Shown here piece after piece: positions 1 to 12,779 of a DNA stretch of 64,000 bases. Source of the DNA: Lingula anatina (taxonomy: Eukaryota > Animalia > Brachiopoda). Location of the stretch: contig CM120641.1 of NCBI GenBank assembly GCA_051362555.1, positions 45,142,401-45,206,400 of the forward strand. The letters run 5' to 3'. Numbering within the stretch: the first letter of the stretch is position 1; every line of letters begins with the position of its first letter. The translations under genes and the position numbers were made by a program. The notes under the pieces were generated by a model. That model searched no databases. It was not told the origin of the DNA and saw only the letters and a program-made list of their open reading frames with translations.

Positions 1-189
1 ATGTTCAGAATCTCAGAATGGAGGAAATTGGACATTTAACACTGTTCTATTGATATTTTTCCCATCTCATCAATTTTCTTAGTTGGTCATATAAAAATGG
101 AAGTATACTGTTTATTTTGTTTTGTTTAAAAAGTGTTAAAATGGAAATAAACCCATTTCAGAACAGTGCTGTCTTTTTTATAGTTTGGC

Positions 190-1690
190 ATTTTTAAGAT
201 GTGACTTTGAAGTTCCATGAGCCTGCAGATCTTTGCTAGTCACATTTTCTGAATATCCATGATACTAATATTTTATGCTTAAAAATTGATGGTCATTATG
301 CTGTAAAACATTATGTAATATTGCATCAAAATTTGAAGAAACCCCTATTTTGGGCACTGCTCCCATGCTGACCATTTAAGGAAAGTCATGTCACTTACTG
401 TTCTCAAACTTACAGGAAAGAAACATGGGACTAAAATATAGCTTCAGTAGGCAATGCAGTCTGTTTGGTAAATTTTTCTGGTAGTTAAGCAGTTTTTTTG
501 TGAAAATTTAATTTTTCACATATTGGCATTTTCAATGTATGACTTTGAAGTTCCATGATCCTGAAGACCTTTGCTTGTCACATTTTCTGAATATGCGTTA
601 TACTAATATTTTATAATTAAAAATTGATGGTCATTATGCTGTTAAACATTATGTAATGTTGCATCAAAATTTGAAGAAACCCCTGTTTTGGGCACTGCTC
701 CCATGATGACCATTTAAGGAAAATCGTGTCAATTACTGTTCTCAGACTTACAGGAAAGAAACATGGGTCTAAAATACAGCTTCAGTAGGCAATGCAGTCT
801 GTTTGGTAAATTTTTCTGGCAATTAAACAGTTTTTTGTGAAAATGTAATTTTTCACATATTGGCATTTCCAAGGTGTGACTTAGAACCTCCACGGGCTTG
901 AAGACCCATGCTAGTCACATTTTCTGAAAATTCATGACACTTATATTTTATTATTAAAAATCGATGGTCATTATGCCGTTAAGCATTATGTAATGTTGCA
1001 TCAAAATAGAAGAAAACACAATTTTGGGTGCTGCTGCCTTGATGACCATTATGGGAAAACTGTGTTACTTATTACTGTCAAACTTTCAAAAAAGAAACAC
1101 AGGACTAAAATGCAGCCTGAGTTGGAAAAGCAGTCTAATTGGCTTCTTTTTCTGGAAGCTATACATTTTAGTGTAATATTCATTATCTTTTTGGCATATT
1201 CATTGTGGGACTCAGAGCTCCCATGAACATGAAGCCGAATGGTAATCATATTTTCTACATGTCCATCCTATTTATAGTCAATAAACAAAAATTGGTGATA
1301 ATTATTCTCTAATTTATTATGTAATGTTACATCAAAATTGACAACAATCGTTTTGCACTGCTACTGCAAACATTATGAAAAGAAAACTGTGCTACTTATT
1401 ATCATTTTTAACTTACAAGTACGATTTTTAGGATTGGCCTTCAGCTCATATGAGAAAACCAGCTCTATTGGATTATCATTTTTATTGAATTTATGCATTT
1501 TTTGTGAAATTTTCATTTTTCTCATTCTGGCACTTTCTAAGTATAAACTTGAACTCCGATGGGCCTGAAGCCTTATGCTTTTAATTTCGTCTGTGTTACC
1601 TGTTGTGCATAAGTTGATGTTGACTGTGCAGTTAAACATAATGTATTATTGCATCAGGATTGGTAGTCTCCTATTTTGGGCATTATGGTT
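190..1690. repeat. Degenerate tandem (satellite-like) array, unit ~338 bp, about 5 copies, in a ZZEF1 intron
   Basis: Anchor GTGACTTTGAAGTTCCATGAGCCTG-like recurs at ~201, 539, 876, 1207 and 1545 (spacings 338, 337, 331, 338). A second anchor, CATTATGTAAT(A/G)TTGCATCAAAAT-like, recurs at ~309, 647, 984, 1315 and 1637. Further fragments lie near 2370-2560 and 2790-2820. Confidence 0.85.
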
Positions 1691-1951
1691 TTGTGCTTTT
1701 CTTAAAGTGTGACTTATGGGCCTAAAGACCTTTGAGTGGGTCAGTCTGTAAATTACCCTTGGGTATCACTAGATTAATTTCAGAGTTATAAAGTCATTTG
1801 CCTTAATAGGCCATTAAATGAGATTACATAAAGCACACTTGTTGATATTTCCCTGTAAACTCCCAAAGGTAAAGCTCTCTGCTAGATTAATAATAAGGAA
1901 GCAGTGATAATTATGCAGGTAAATTTTGTTTAATATTGCAAATAAGTTTTA

Positions 1952-2051
<100 letters not shown>

Positions 2052-2097
2052 AACTGGAAGATTAAAAGTTTGAATAGCATCTTCATTGGAATTATAT

Positions 2098-2331
2098 TTA
2101 CCTCAAGCTCTGCCAAGGAGGTCATATTTTCACCCTCGTTTGTCTGTCATCCACATAACACAAAAAGTTATGGCCTGATTTTGCAGAAATTTTCAGGAAC
2201 TGTCGGAAGTGGGCCAAAGAGGACAATGATTAATTTTTGGTGGTGGTCTGGAACAATAATCAATCAATTATCAATAATAATCAACAATTGCTGCCTTGGC
2301 AGAGGTCTGCACTCTCAAAGTGCTTTTCTAG
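2098..2331 (+). mobile_element. Non-autonomous Helentron-associated (HINE/DINE-1-like) element
   Basis: 5' subterminal repeat CTCTGCCAAGG followed by a GTTTGTCTGTC tract; inverted copy CCTTGGCAGAGG at ~2294; then a short hairpin GCACTCTCAAAGTGC and TTTTCTAG. A reverse-oriented 5' end of the same family (AACATAACCTCCTTGGCGGAGGTAA) is at ~21403-21427. Confidence 0.6.
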
Positions 2332-3108
2332 CTTTGTTATGTTTTCCTTTATAATTTTTTCTCAAACACTTGCATTTGTGACTTTTAACTCTCATCTGCC
2401 TGGGGCTCTGCACATTTTCTGTATTTCCACATAAGCAGTTGTATTGTTTTTTATGTCTTTAAACATTATGTAATATTATTTTATGCACTGTCATCAATTT
2501 TCAAATATTGAGAGTTTCATAATGTGAATTTGAACTCTCATGGTCCTGAAACTGTAATTTTATTGAAGGGGTGGACCATCTTCTGGGTCTTCCTGAAGAC
2601 AGTCAGGTTATTAAGTTTATATTGACTGGTATCTATTTTTTTCTGTTGGAAGACCATCAAAATGGAGGATGGATCAACATAGATACTTTGTAATACTGTC
2701 AGAAAATATCTCTGGGTCCGCTCCTGTTATTGACCATGTTACCTGTTGTGCAAGATTAAAATTCAGTGTTGACTGACAGTGCTATTATAAGCATTATTTA
2801 TTATTGCATCAAAATTGACAAAATGACCTTTTTTGCATCTTTATTTTCTGTGTTTTGTCTGTACATTTGACAGCTTTGCTGCCTTGTTTACTGCTGTTTC
2901 ACTGGTAATTTCTAATCTAACTTAGCAGTAGTATCACAACAAATCCAATGTTAGCACAAAAGGCAATTTTATTCCAAAAATGTTAAATTAAGATAAAAAA
3001 AAGCAAGTGCAGAAGTTTCTTCCTAAACCGATATTAAAAATTTCATGTGTATGCTTGAAAGTATTATTTTTTTAGTTCTAAATTGTTTTCCTGAAAATTC
3101 CTCTTCAG

Positions 3109-6100
3109 CATTGAAGGAGATAGTTATAACCCAAGTGAAGGAATTAAGAAGTTGGCCAAAAAGTGGTAAATTTACCTTGGTGATTCTGTAGGAAATGTAT
3201 ATAGCAATAATGCAGTAAATACATAGGAAGAAAATATACTGATCGTCTTATAAAAGTAATATAACAAAATATTACAGTATATTATTATAGTAGACCAATT
3301 TGTTAAAAATATATATCCCTGGTAATAGTTTCATTTTAAGATTTTATTTTTCAGGGAAAGTGGTGTTAAAGCTGTAGCATCTGAAGTGATGGCTGATAAG
3401 GCGATAGATGCTGGAATACTGCAAATTGATCTAGCTGTACCTGTTAAAAGGTAAGCATATTTAACGGTCCAAGCTTTTCTATTCATGGAAATTATCAGAA
3501 AACCAGTATGATTAATTTTATGAAAGTTATTAAATGGTAAAACTTGCCTTTGTTTTAGGACTATTGACAAAGCCACAGAAGAGCCCTCAGAAGATGCACA
3601 AAAGCTTATCAAGTCCACAGACAATGATACAGAGATTGATGTGTTAAAACAGAGAAGGAGCAAGAGTGCAAGTCTTCTTAAAAAGGAACTGGAAGTCCAA
3701 GGAAAGACGGGATCAAGGGAATATCTAAAAAAAGTAAATTTTTTTTTTTTTGAAAACCACATTTATTATTTTGAATATATTTTTGGTATATGTATTACGT
3801 GTGTATGTTTAAAACTCCACACACACAATCCTTTAGGAAAATACTTTTGAACTTAATAATTTGTGCACACACACAAGCACACGCCATGTATATCTGTAGT
3901 TTTCAAAATTTCAGGATGAATCCTGTATATTTTAGCTTTGAGTTTTATCTTAATTACACCAAATCATTTCATATCCCAATTATGAAACCATTTGCTCTGA
4001 ATTTCACTAGAATACAATCTTCCTATTAGGTAAATCTAGCCATGTCAATTCTTTGGGCAAGGAAAGTGCTGTTGTCTTTGCTGGCAGATTGGCCTCAACT
4101 TGAGTATCCAATCACATCAGACCTTTTAGGTTGCAGGAGCAACGCCCAGATCCCTTGTGTTCTGGACCTCCTGAACAGGTCAGAATGCAAGCAAACATTC
4201 AGAAAGGTAAGGTGCAGTATGATGCTGGTGCTTTTATAGCAAAATAATTGAATTTTCTTTGATTCAACAAAAACAATGAAAAAAGAAAGTGAATGTCATG
4301 TTAACAAATCACTAATTAAACACGAAAATAAGAAAATACTGTGAACTGAAATGAATACTTTTTTCCAGAAATCATTTTTACATCCTTATGATACATCTTC
4401 ACCAGAGTAATTTCCCCAATTTTTTGTGTAAAATATCACTATCTGGTATTTGTTTCAGACTTCTGATTTTTCCCTTACATTTTTTAAAATAAGATGCACG
4501 TACATGTATGTTATAGTTTGATGAATTGCATGCCAAACTTAGAATATATTGTATATTAATTTGTCATTACATTAAAAAAGGTTGTAAATTTTTATTTCAT
4601 TTTTAAAATTTCATTATATAAATTTTATTTTTTTAGGTTGTTAACAACGTTATTCAACACTGTGAGTCCAGTTGCCTGCCTCCCATAGCCAGTACTGCCT
4701 GCCAATTCATGGAGGAAGTTACCATGGCAACCAATGTTAGGCAGTCTGAGCATCCATATGAGGGAACTAAAACTGTGGAGGAAAAAATTCACATCCCAGG
4801 CGCAGCTTTTCTAAGCATTAAATTTGATAGCAAGTGAGTGGCATTTCTTCATTCTGAAGCACTTTATTAGAATATAGCAGAACAGAAGTGTACAGGATTT
4901 GTTTATTATTATTTTTTTTATTATAAACTATTATTATCTTCAAACATCATTTGTAGATATGTCAAGACATACAACAGAACAAAACAAGACATTAGAAAGC
5001 ACACACAATGTAGAGGGTTATTGAACATATTTATCTTCAGTAATCTAAACATGTTCGAACTCAATCCTGGAATTCTTCCAAATCATGATTTTTCTGCAGA
5101 AACTGTGAGTCTGTGCTATACATAGGAAAATATTTTGTTAAAAAATATTGTGATGAGCTAATGGTTTTGTTAGTATAAAGAACATAATTGGAAAGATTGT
5201 TAAATCCTTGCATATTATTCTATTGCACAGAAGCTTCATATCATGTTTTATAGATGTGCAACAGAGGAAGATGCTGATGAAGTAGTCATGGCGTCAACAG
5301 CCGACTACAAGCAGGACAAACATGTTTTTTCAGGAAACAGTAAAAATACGTGGAAAGACTTTGATATGCCAGGTTTGTTTGATTGAGCTGGGATAGCAAT
5401 AAAAAATTAAGATTCATCCAGGAAAATGTTTATAGCTGTTTAAGCTGATCATTGATTGTTCACCTGAGTAAAATATGAACTGTTGGTATCTTGCTAAAGT
5501 CCTTGTAAGCAGGCCACTACAATATCACAGTCACATTAATTATTTGGTGACAGACATTGTAAGTGTACAGTATTTCAGAAACTGTTTATAAATTTTCTCA
5601 ACTGGTTTTCTAATTATCTTCATACTCACATAGTATGTTTACTTTTCCTAGGTGACACACTGTATTTCAAGTTTACCACAGAGGGCGGGTATAGTCACTG
5701 GGGATATAAATTCACCATATCCAGTGGCAAGATTGGAAGATTTGATACTGGTTATTTAATCCTTAATGCCATATTGTCCAATGAGATGGTGGCAGTGTAA
5801 GTTTAAGATTTGGGTATTTTTATGTATTATTTCAAAACTATTAGAACCAGGTCAGAATATTCGAACAATGTAGTGATGCTTGGGTGTTAATGTACTTAAA
5901 AGCTAAAAGGTTTGATTTGCATTTCTAAAATATGTTACAAGAGGGTTTTTTTATGGGTTGCTTTAATTTTTTCTTTCTTTCAGGTCACTACCACTGAATG
6001 ACCTGTGGTGCAGCCTGGTCTATGTGGCTTGCAAGCAGACGGGGACACAGAGACTGAAAACCATACAGCTTCTTCTCAGAATATTACAAACACAATTTGT

Positions 6101-7249
6101 GTGAGTTAATGGAACAGAACTTAAGATTTTTTTTTTTTTTTTGACAAAACTGCAAAATTCTGTTCTCTTTATAATGTTAAAAAACACATTGTTTAATTCT
6201 TCAGAGTTTAACTTCCCATGTTCAGCATTGCACCAAAATTTGAGGGAAAAAACTTTACACAAAAGAAGTTGTATAAAAGTAACAGAACATTCTAGTTTTT
6301 TTTCTTAGAATGTTATAAACACAATTTGGGTATTAGTATTTTTTAATAGTACATAAAAATACTTTTGACATTTAAATGAATGAAGAATTGTGTGGGTTCC
6401 CTGCATATTTACAGACAAAGTGCAATCCTCCTAAAAGATTGAGATATTTAAAAGATGTGTATTGAATTTAGACATTTATTTTGTAAAGCAACTCAGCCAG
6501 CAAAAAACTAACAATTTAGAACAAAACATTTCCAGACCAAGAGCAGATCCTCAGAAATGTCGGGTTGACCTGACTCTGTTGAAGCCCCTGTGGAAACTGT
6601 ATAAGAGCAGCTTCAAGGATACAGAGGGGGGATCTGTCACACAGCCTATTGTCAGGGCCCTCACTGAGCTGTTCCTAGTGGCAGAGAATACAGCACTGGT
6701 AAGTAGCAATATTCATTGCAGTAGCAGATGTGGCGGTCAGAAGGGTCCTTAGCCCCCCCCCCCCCCCATGAAATGGAGCAATTGTTTTAGACTATCCATA
6801 ATTATGTGTTCCTTGTTATTTTCAGGATCTAGGAATTGTTGAAGAATATGTAGTTGCTTTGTTTGATTTGGATGAGATCAGAAAAGTTGTGTATCAGGTA
6901 AATGGTATTCTGTTAGCATAATAAATACAGATAAACAGTGTCATGTATCTTTTTGTCCGTACTTGTAAAATCAGTTTTTATATATGCAATATACTCTATT
7001 AAAATGGTTTTTGATTGAGTTTTTATTGCTTAAAATAGAACCTAGCTTTATTGCACTCAAAAAATTTACTTTGATACAAAAAACAACTTTGTCTATAACA
7101 TATTTGGTGTCAGTTAAATTTTTTATGTAACCTTTCTTTGTGTTTTTCAGGGTCTTCACAATGTTGCTGCATTAGGAGCAGCCATTGGATTGCCAAACAA
7201 AGCAACAGAAGCTTTTCAGTCAATCAAACCTAAAGCCAAAAAGACATAA
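3109..7249 (+). CDS. ZZEF1: ZZ-type zinc finger and EF-hand domain protein 1, 3' part (last 11 exons; upstream exons are outside the window)
   Basis: Phase-consistent GT-AG exons: 3109-3165, 3355-3450, 3559-3733, 4030-4206, 4637-4833, 5254-5372, 5652-5796, 5984-6100, 6536-6698, 6826-6897, 7151-7249 (TAA). The spliced peptide includes RSKSASLLKKEL, HIPGAAFLSIKFDSKCATEE, PGDTLYFKFT, WGYKFT, VACKQTGTQRLK, LLKPLWKL, RALTELFLVAEN and PNKAT, matching the recalled vertebrate ZZEF1 C-terminus (CUB-like region). Confidence 0.93.
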
Positions 7250-8342
7250 ATTCAAAGGCAAAATGATTGTCTTGGACAGAATAAAGAAATGTGCTACATG
7301 TATATGTTTTTAAGTTATCTGGGAAGTGTGAGCAAAAGTGTGACTTGTGTAATTTGCATATTTATTAAAGGCTTGGTCTCTAGCAGTGATGTCAGTAATC
7401 AATCGAAAAGTATTGTGAGCTTTGTCAAGTTATCTGCTTGCCTGTCTGATAAAATAATCATACAGAATTGCACAGCAGAACAATGGTCCTTTTGCACCCC
7501 TCTCTGAAATAGCCTGACTATAGCACTACTCTTCGTCACTAGAGAACATGACAGAGACAAATTTTCTATTATGAAAAAATGACTGCAAAGATGTATTGTT
7601 TATAAAGCAATTGTATTGCTTATGTGAGATCATGGAAGTTTAACACTACAATTTTGCACCGTATTTGGTTATAAACTTTATTGTTCTTTTTCATGGAATG
7701 GAATATTTTCTAAATAAGTAAATACTTTGGTGTTCGAAAGGATTTTCTCCTTCCTTAAGCACTTGAAAAAGAATGCAAGCTACAGTGGACGTAACAATAA
7801 TAACATAAAAAGACACGTTTAAAAGGGCTTTCATATATGACTTTTTAAAAACCCATGGAAGATTTTCCTACACTGTGTTACGTATTGTGATCTGCGCAAT
7901 TTTCCCAAGAAACTGACAGTCAACTTGAGTTCCTTTATTCTGATTTATATGTATAATCTCAAAATCACGTTGTAGCTAGATTTTTATGGAATCTATAAAC
8001 CAATTCGTTCTAAAGATGCTTTTTGTCAGTTTCTTTATAAATGAGCTGTAAGAATTCAACCAAACAACTCCAATGAAGTCAAGTCATTGCTCTGAATATA
8101 ACATTTCATTTATGAAATGAGGCTTGCATGTTTCCTTTCATCTTACGAGAATGTCTATTTCATGTGTTTAGCGATACTTAACTGTATCCAGTTAATGTAA
8201 GTAGTATAAAACCTGTTTCAATCAAAATTCGTTTTCTAGAAAACTGAATTTAATTCTAAATTAGCTTTAAAACCAGCCCACTGGCAATTAAATGGTCTCA
8301 GTCCCGTATATCTTATATTCAAAACGTCCCGATTTGGAACAC

Positions 8343-11176
8343 CTAGTCGCGTTTGTTTTTCTTGATAGTGGTAAAGTGAGCAGTGGTTGGCAAGCGCCAC
8401 ATTCCGTCTTCCTCTCGAGATAGACCGCTCTTTATACCCTCGGTCCCCACGAAGTTCTGGCAGAAGGATAAAACGCGTAGGTCAAACGCAGACTCGTCGA
8501 CGGTTGACACAGACCCCGTTGCACAGGATTTTACGGCCAATCCATCGGCGTAGTGGATGCAAGCGAGGGCCTCGGCCTCTGCCAATGTTGGAAGAACGAA
8601 ACTATATGGGACGTCCTTGTGGGACACTGTAGCCGTAAACATTGGGAAGGATTCATTCAGAATCTCCACAATGCCACCTTGGAGTATCAGCAATCGCCTG
8701 GATTCTGCTATCTTCCTGAAATTATCAGCTGTGTTGGGAAAGAGAGCCTCAAAATAACGCAGAGCGGGTTTCCAAATAAACGTGGTCTCCTCTACGTCTA
8801 TTACAATAACCAACTCTCCTCCAGGCTTGAGGTTAGAATACATGGCAAAGACAGCTTTCTTGATGTCTTCAAATGGATCAGCCGCATGGTCAAAGGTGCT
8901 TGTAAGGTGGTATAAAACTTGTGATGCCAGAATCCTATCCTGCATTTCTTGGGGACATGCTTTCTTGAGCCTCAGAGATTCTAAAGATTTTCCGTAATAG
9001 TCCTGAATGGGTCCTGGATATGCCACGTCTAGAGATGTGTTACTGAAATTTTCAATCCTTTCTTTGTACTTTTGGATTGACTCTGGATTCGGCTCTTCCA
9101 CGCTGACGATGACCTCTTTGTTCAGCAATTGGAGATTCTTGCAAATGGCGGCCATCGGCATCCCCGTGCCTCCACCAAAATCCATAATACGGACCGGCGA
9201 GGGAAGTTCAGTAAGATTCAGCGTCTCGACCAAAATGGTATCGAGGTCAACGAATGGTTTCCTTCTTCTTCCCTCATCCACCCTGGCAAGAAACAGATGA
9301 TTATCGAGTTAAGTCAGTCCGCCAGTCACTCTCTAACTGTCTTCTTTCTTTTTTGAAAACACAGTTAACAAAAGTTGATAGAAGGCAAGGGACAAGAGTT
9401 CAAGTCTCGATGGTGGCAAAATGAACGAACAGCGAAAACTGAATGGTGTATACGCGAATGAATAAATGTTATTGATTGACGAATATTAAATGAATAAAGA
9501 ATACATAAATATAAAAACAATCCAATCATAGGCCTACCTATTTTCAAACCTAGCCGACCTTTTTGCCTTTTTAAAAATAATATACAAATTTATTCAAAAA
9601 TATTAAAAACTTTTGTGGAAATAATTTGTTTATGCCGATTTTCGAATTCTGTCCGCCTTTTTGCCAAACAAAACTGCCTAATCACTTTAATGTAAAACAA
9701 AAAATATGGTATGGCAGTTATCTCGCCAAATGTACCGGACGGATACAGCAAGAGCGACGGCGACGACTTGTGCAAACATAGTTAATCGAAACACATAGTG
9801 ACAGTTACAAATAACATGTATTAACCCTCAAGTGACCGAGTGGGGTCATTTGCGACCCCAGCCATATGATATAATATGCCATCTCTTTATTTTTTATTCG
9901 AATTTTCTTTCCTTGCATGAGTTTGTCAGTCTACTAATCCTACACACTTTCACAGTTTTTTGTAGGTATCAACCAATTAGTGTGGCGTATACATCAAAAA
10001 CTCTTGTGGGGTCATTTATGACCCCAAAGAGAAGCATTGGTTTTTAAATAATAATTTTAAAATTTTATTCAAAATTTTTGCCCACGCAACACTGACAGGA
10101 AAATGTCACATGCATGTGCTTCATGCAACCAGCCAGTGGGCCCAAAACATAGGCACAAATAAGTGGTTTGTGAAGATTGTGCTTGAAGTGTTACTTATAG
10201 TGCATCGCTAAATCCAATTTCAGCTTTGTTGGAACTTGTTCTCATAACTGGGTCTCTCATTTTGACGGTTACAATTTTCGGGTATTTCGAAAATCTAAAG
10301 AATTCTGTCAATATCATGTTATACATATATTAACAAATTCTTTGTGTGGATTTTGTTTTATACACAGATGTGGCAGTAACATAAATGTAGGTTGATTGAA
10401 TGTGTTCTAAGTAGTATGACTTCCTTGCCAGCATTAGGGTATTCCCTACTCAGCAAGTCAGCTAATTATTATTATTGAAGTTAGCAGGATGCTATCTCAA
10501 CATAGGTCAAAATATTTTTGCTCAAAGTAATTTTTTAATGTACTTTTTTCATTTAGTGTGGCAAATAAAAAGAGAAATATTTCTGCAAGTGGAAACTGAC
10601 AAGGACTGTCTAAATACCGGTGTAATGTTGTTCTTAAAACCTGTGCTTGGTTATGTCATGCAATAAAAGTATTATTACCAAATACGTATTACATTAGATC
10701 ACTATAAAATGCTTGTCTTAAATCCTGGGAGTAGTATAGGTGTGATAAACCCTCAACAGCCTTTTATAATAAGGATCCCTGTACAAAGCACAATGGGGTC
10801 ATAGATGACCCCACTTGGTCATTTCAGTCAGTAAAATAGCTTGGTCTCTTGAGGGTTAAAAAATTTAATGGACAGAGAGAAAACTGAATAATGGACAAGT
10901 GCATGAATTGATGTTGTATTAATATACAAAGACGATTTAATGAGTAAAAATATGGATAAATGAAATATAAATATGAACGAAGAGAGAACTTTCAATTTGA
11001 AACATTCAATTTGAAAAAAAAAAGAAAATAAAAATTATACTTAACGCAGTGTCAAGGAGAGATAAGATTCTGTAATACGCCTCTGAGATAGTCATGGAAC
11101 TGAGCTCTTCACACAGTCTTTGCCGCACTTCTTGCTCATCCCTAGAGTCAGCACGCCCCTGAGAACCGTCCGCCAT
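8343..11176 (-). CDS. Class I SAM-dependent methyltransferase, histamine N-methyltransferase-like fold (about 356 aa, two exons)
   Basis: Exon 2 (9282-8343) has motif I IMDFGGGTG, then VEEPNPESIQKYKE (compare HNMT VVEPSAEQIAKYKE), ILASQVLYHL and NLKPGGELVIV, and is preceded by the acceptor TTTCTTGCCAG. Putative exon 1 (11176-11046, MADGSQG...EAYYRILSLLDT) is phase-compatible: 131+940 nt = 357 codons. Its donor GTTAAGT is weak, so exon 1 is less certain. Confidence 0.8.
9825..10855 (+). mobile_element. Internally deleted piggyBac transposon in the methyltransferase intron
   Basis: TTAA on both sides (9821-9824, 10856-10859). Termini CCCTCAAGTGACCGAG and CTTGGTCTCTTGAGGG. Subterminal TGGGGTCA...GACCCCA repeats. 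Remnant of the transposase C-terminal Cys-rich domain at 10079-10186 (CPRNTDRKMSHACASCNQPVGPKHRHK*VVCEDCA*). Confidence 0.9.
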
Positions 11177-11852
11177 GGGAATTATAACTGTATAATCAGT
11201 TATATCCTTCTAACAAATGTTATTCAACAGACGACAGCTTTACAAACAAATCCTCACTCAGTCAGCGGTTTACGTGTTATCCAAGAAAAAGCAAATTTGC
11301 AAATGTATGAAAAAATAATATAAACATCTATAAATTTATCAAGTGGTGTGACCTCCCAACCCGAAAGGACAATGATAAAATGGGTGAGTCCTATCACTGT
11401 GCCTTTCTTCGTTTTAAACATGCCCATAATGTATGGCCAAGGGCTGAGCGAATTGAATGCATACCACACGAATGTAAAAATATGGACATAGATTACTACA
11501 ACAAAGGAGTGAATCTGGGCCATCTTCATTTTCTATGCACAAAATACAAAACAGGGCCATAAAGTTAAGGAAGTGGAACGAATGACCGGACTACATAGTG
11601 TACTTTATGTGGTTTCTGCAGCCTGCATAACATAAATAACAAGCATAATCAGATTTTTTCGAAAGTCATTGACCTTTCTGAGTTTTCACACATGCACACA
11701 CTCACACTCACACACACCATGTGTCCACCGTGATATGTCATAAAATATGTCATATAAAAAACAATGCATGGCATCATTTAGGTATATTTCTAATCGGAGT
11801 AGCGTATACAAGAATACATCTTTATGCCTTCTGAGCCTAGGTGTTCATGGTC

Positions 11853-11854
<2 letters not shown>

Positions 11855-11891
<37 letters not shown>

Positions 11892-11923
11892 GTGTGTGTG
11901 AGAGAGAGAGGGAGAAAGAGAGA
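11855..11923. repeat. (TG)n/(AG)n compound microsatellite
   Basis: TG run followed by an AG run. Confidence 0.9.
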
Positions 11924-12514
11924 GTGAATGAGTAGAAATGCATGCTTTAGGTTCACGTAGGCCTATTTGCAAACACTGTAGACCTATCATGTATTGTGAT
12001 CAACGTTAGCCAAGAATGGAAAAACTGATCGTCATGAGCTTCTTTAACTTGTGTTATGAAGGGTATTGTCTCCTGAAGAATCATACAATTCTATGTTGTG
12101 GTGATTTTTTTTTTTTTTTTTTTGAACAGAAAATGTATTTAAAAATCAAAGTTGAACAATGACATCTGCACTCAATATACGTATAAATTAGTAAGATTTG
12201 GACAAAGTTCTTATGGAATCTATATAGTCAAGTCATTGCTCTGAATAAAAAATATTACTAAACAAACGAGACATTAAATTTTTCTCTCATGTAGTTTCAA
12301 TTGATCAGCGATGTACAAATATGTGGAGACAAACATCTATTGTTTGATTTATACGCTATAACGCTCTGTGTTATTTTAAAATAGGGACCGGTTGTACTTT
12401 ATTTGATTTTGAATTTGGTTCTTACTCATTTCCGTGAACGAAGTCCCTTGTAAAAATATAAAAATTGGTTACTCGTCTTGCTCGGATCCCGAAATATTTT
12501 CCGCTGACGATCTT

Positions 12515-12719
12515 CATTGGCGGATCCAGGATCATTTGAAGTGGGAGGGGAGATCAGCAGATGCGAAGCCGACTCCCCCAACATTGGTGTGGGGTTGGGG
12601 GCGCGCTGAAGGACCCCGAAAAAATTTGGTACTTTAGAGGCCGAACGGTGCCATTTGGTATGGTTTAGAACTATGATTCAGCCAGTCAAAGTTCTAATTT
12701 CACTAGGGGACCATGGGTG
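12515..12719 (+). mobile_element. hAT-like MITE, 3'-truncated copy
   Basis: Starts CATTGGCGGATCCAGG and shares a GTGCCATTTGGTA.GGTTTAGAACTATGATTCAGC-like core with copies at 16507, 20842 and 22326. Confidence 0.65.
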
Positions 12720-12779
12720 TTTAATAATACTCCTTTGTACTTTTGTCCTGGAGCCATTCTTTATATTAAAATTAAAATA

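Noticed and set aside
2691-2702. TAATACTGTCAG matching the 5' end of miR-8
   Set aside because: The match stops after 12 nt and I see no precursor hairpin.
8387-9356. Several plus-strand ORFs overlapping the methyltransferase
   Set aside because: Expected antisense or alternative-frame ORFs of a GC-richer exon; no recognisable motifs.
9375-9420. GAGTTCAAGTCTC resembling a tRNA T-arm/B box
   Set aside because: No acceptor stem, D-arm or A box could be built; at most a SINE remnant.
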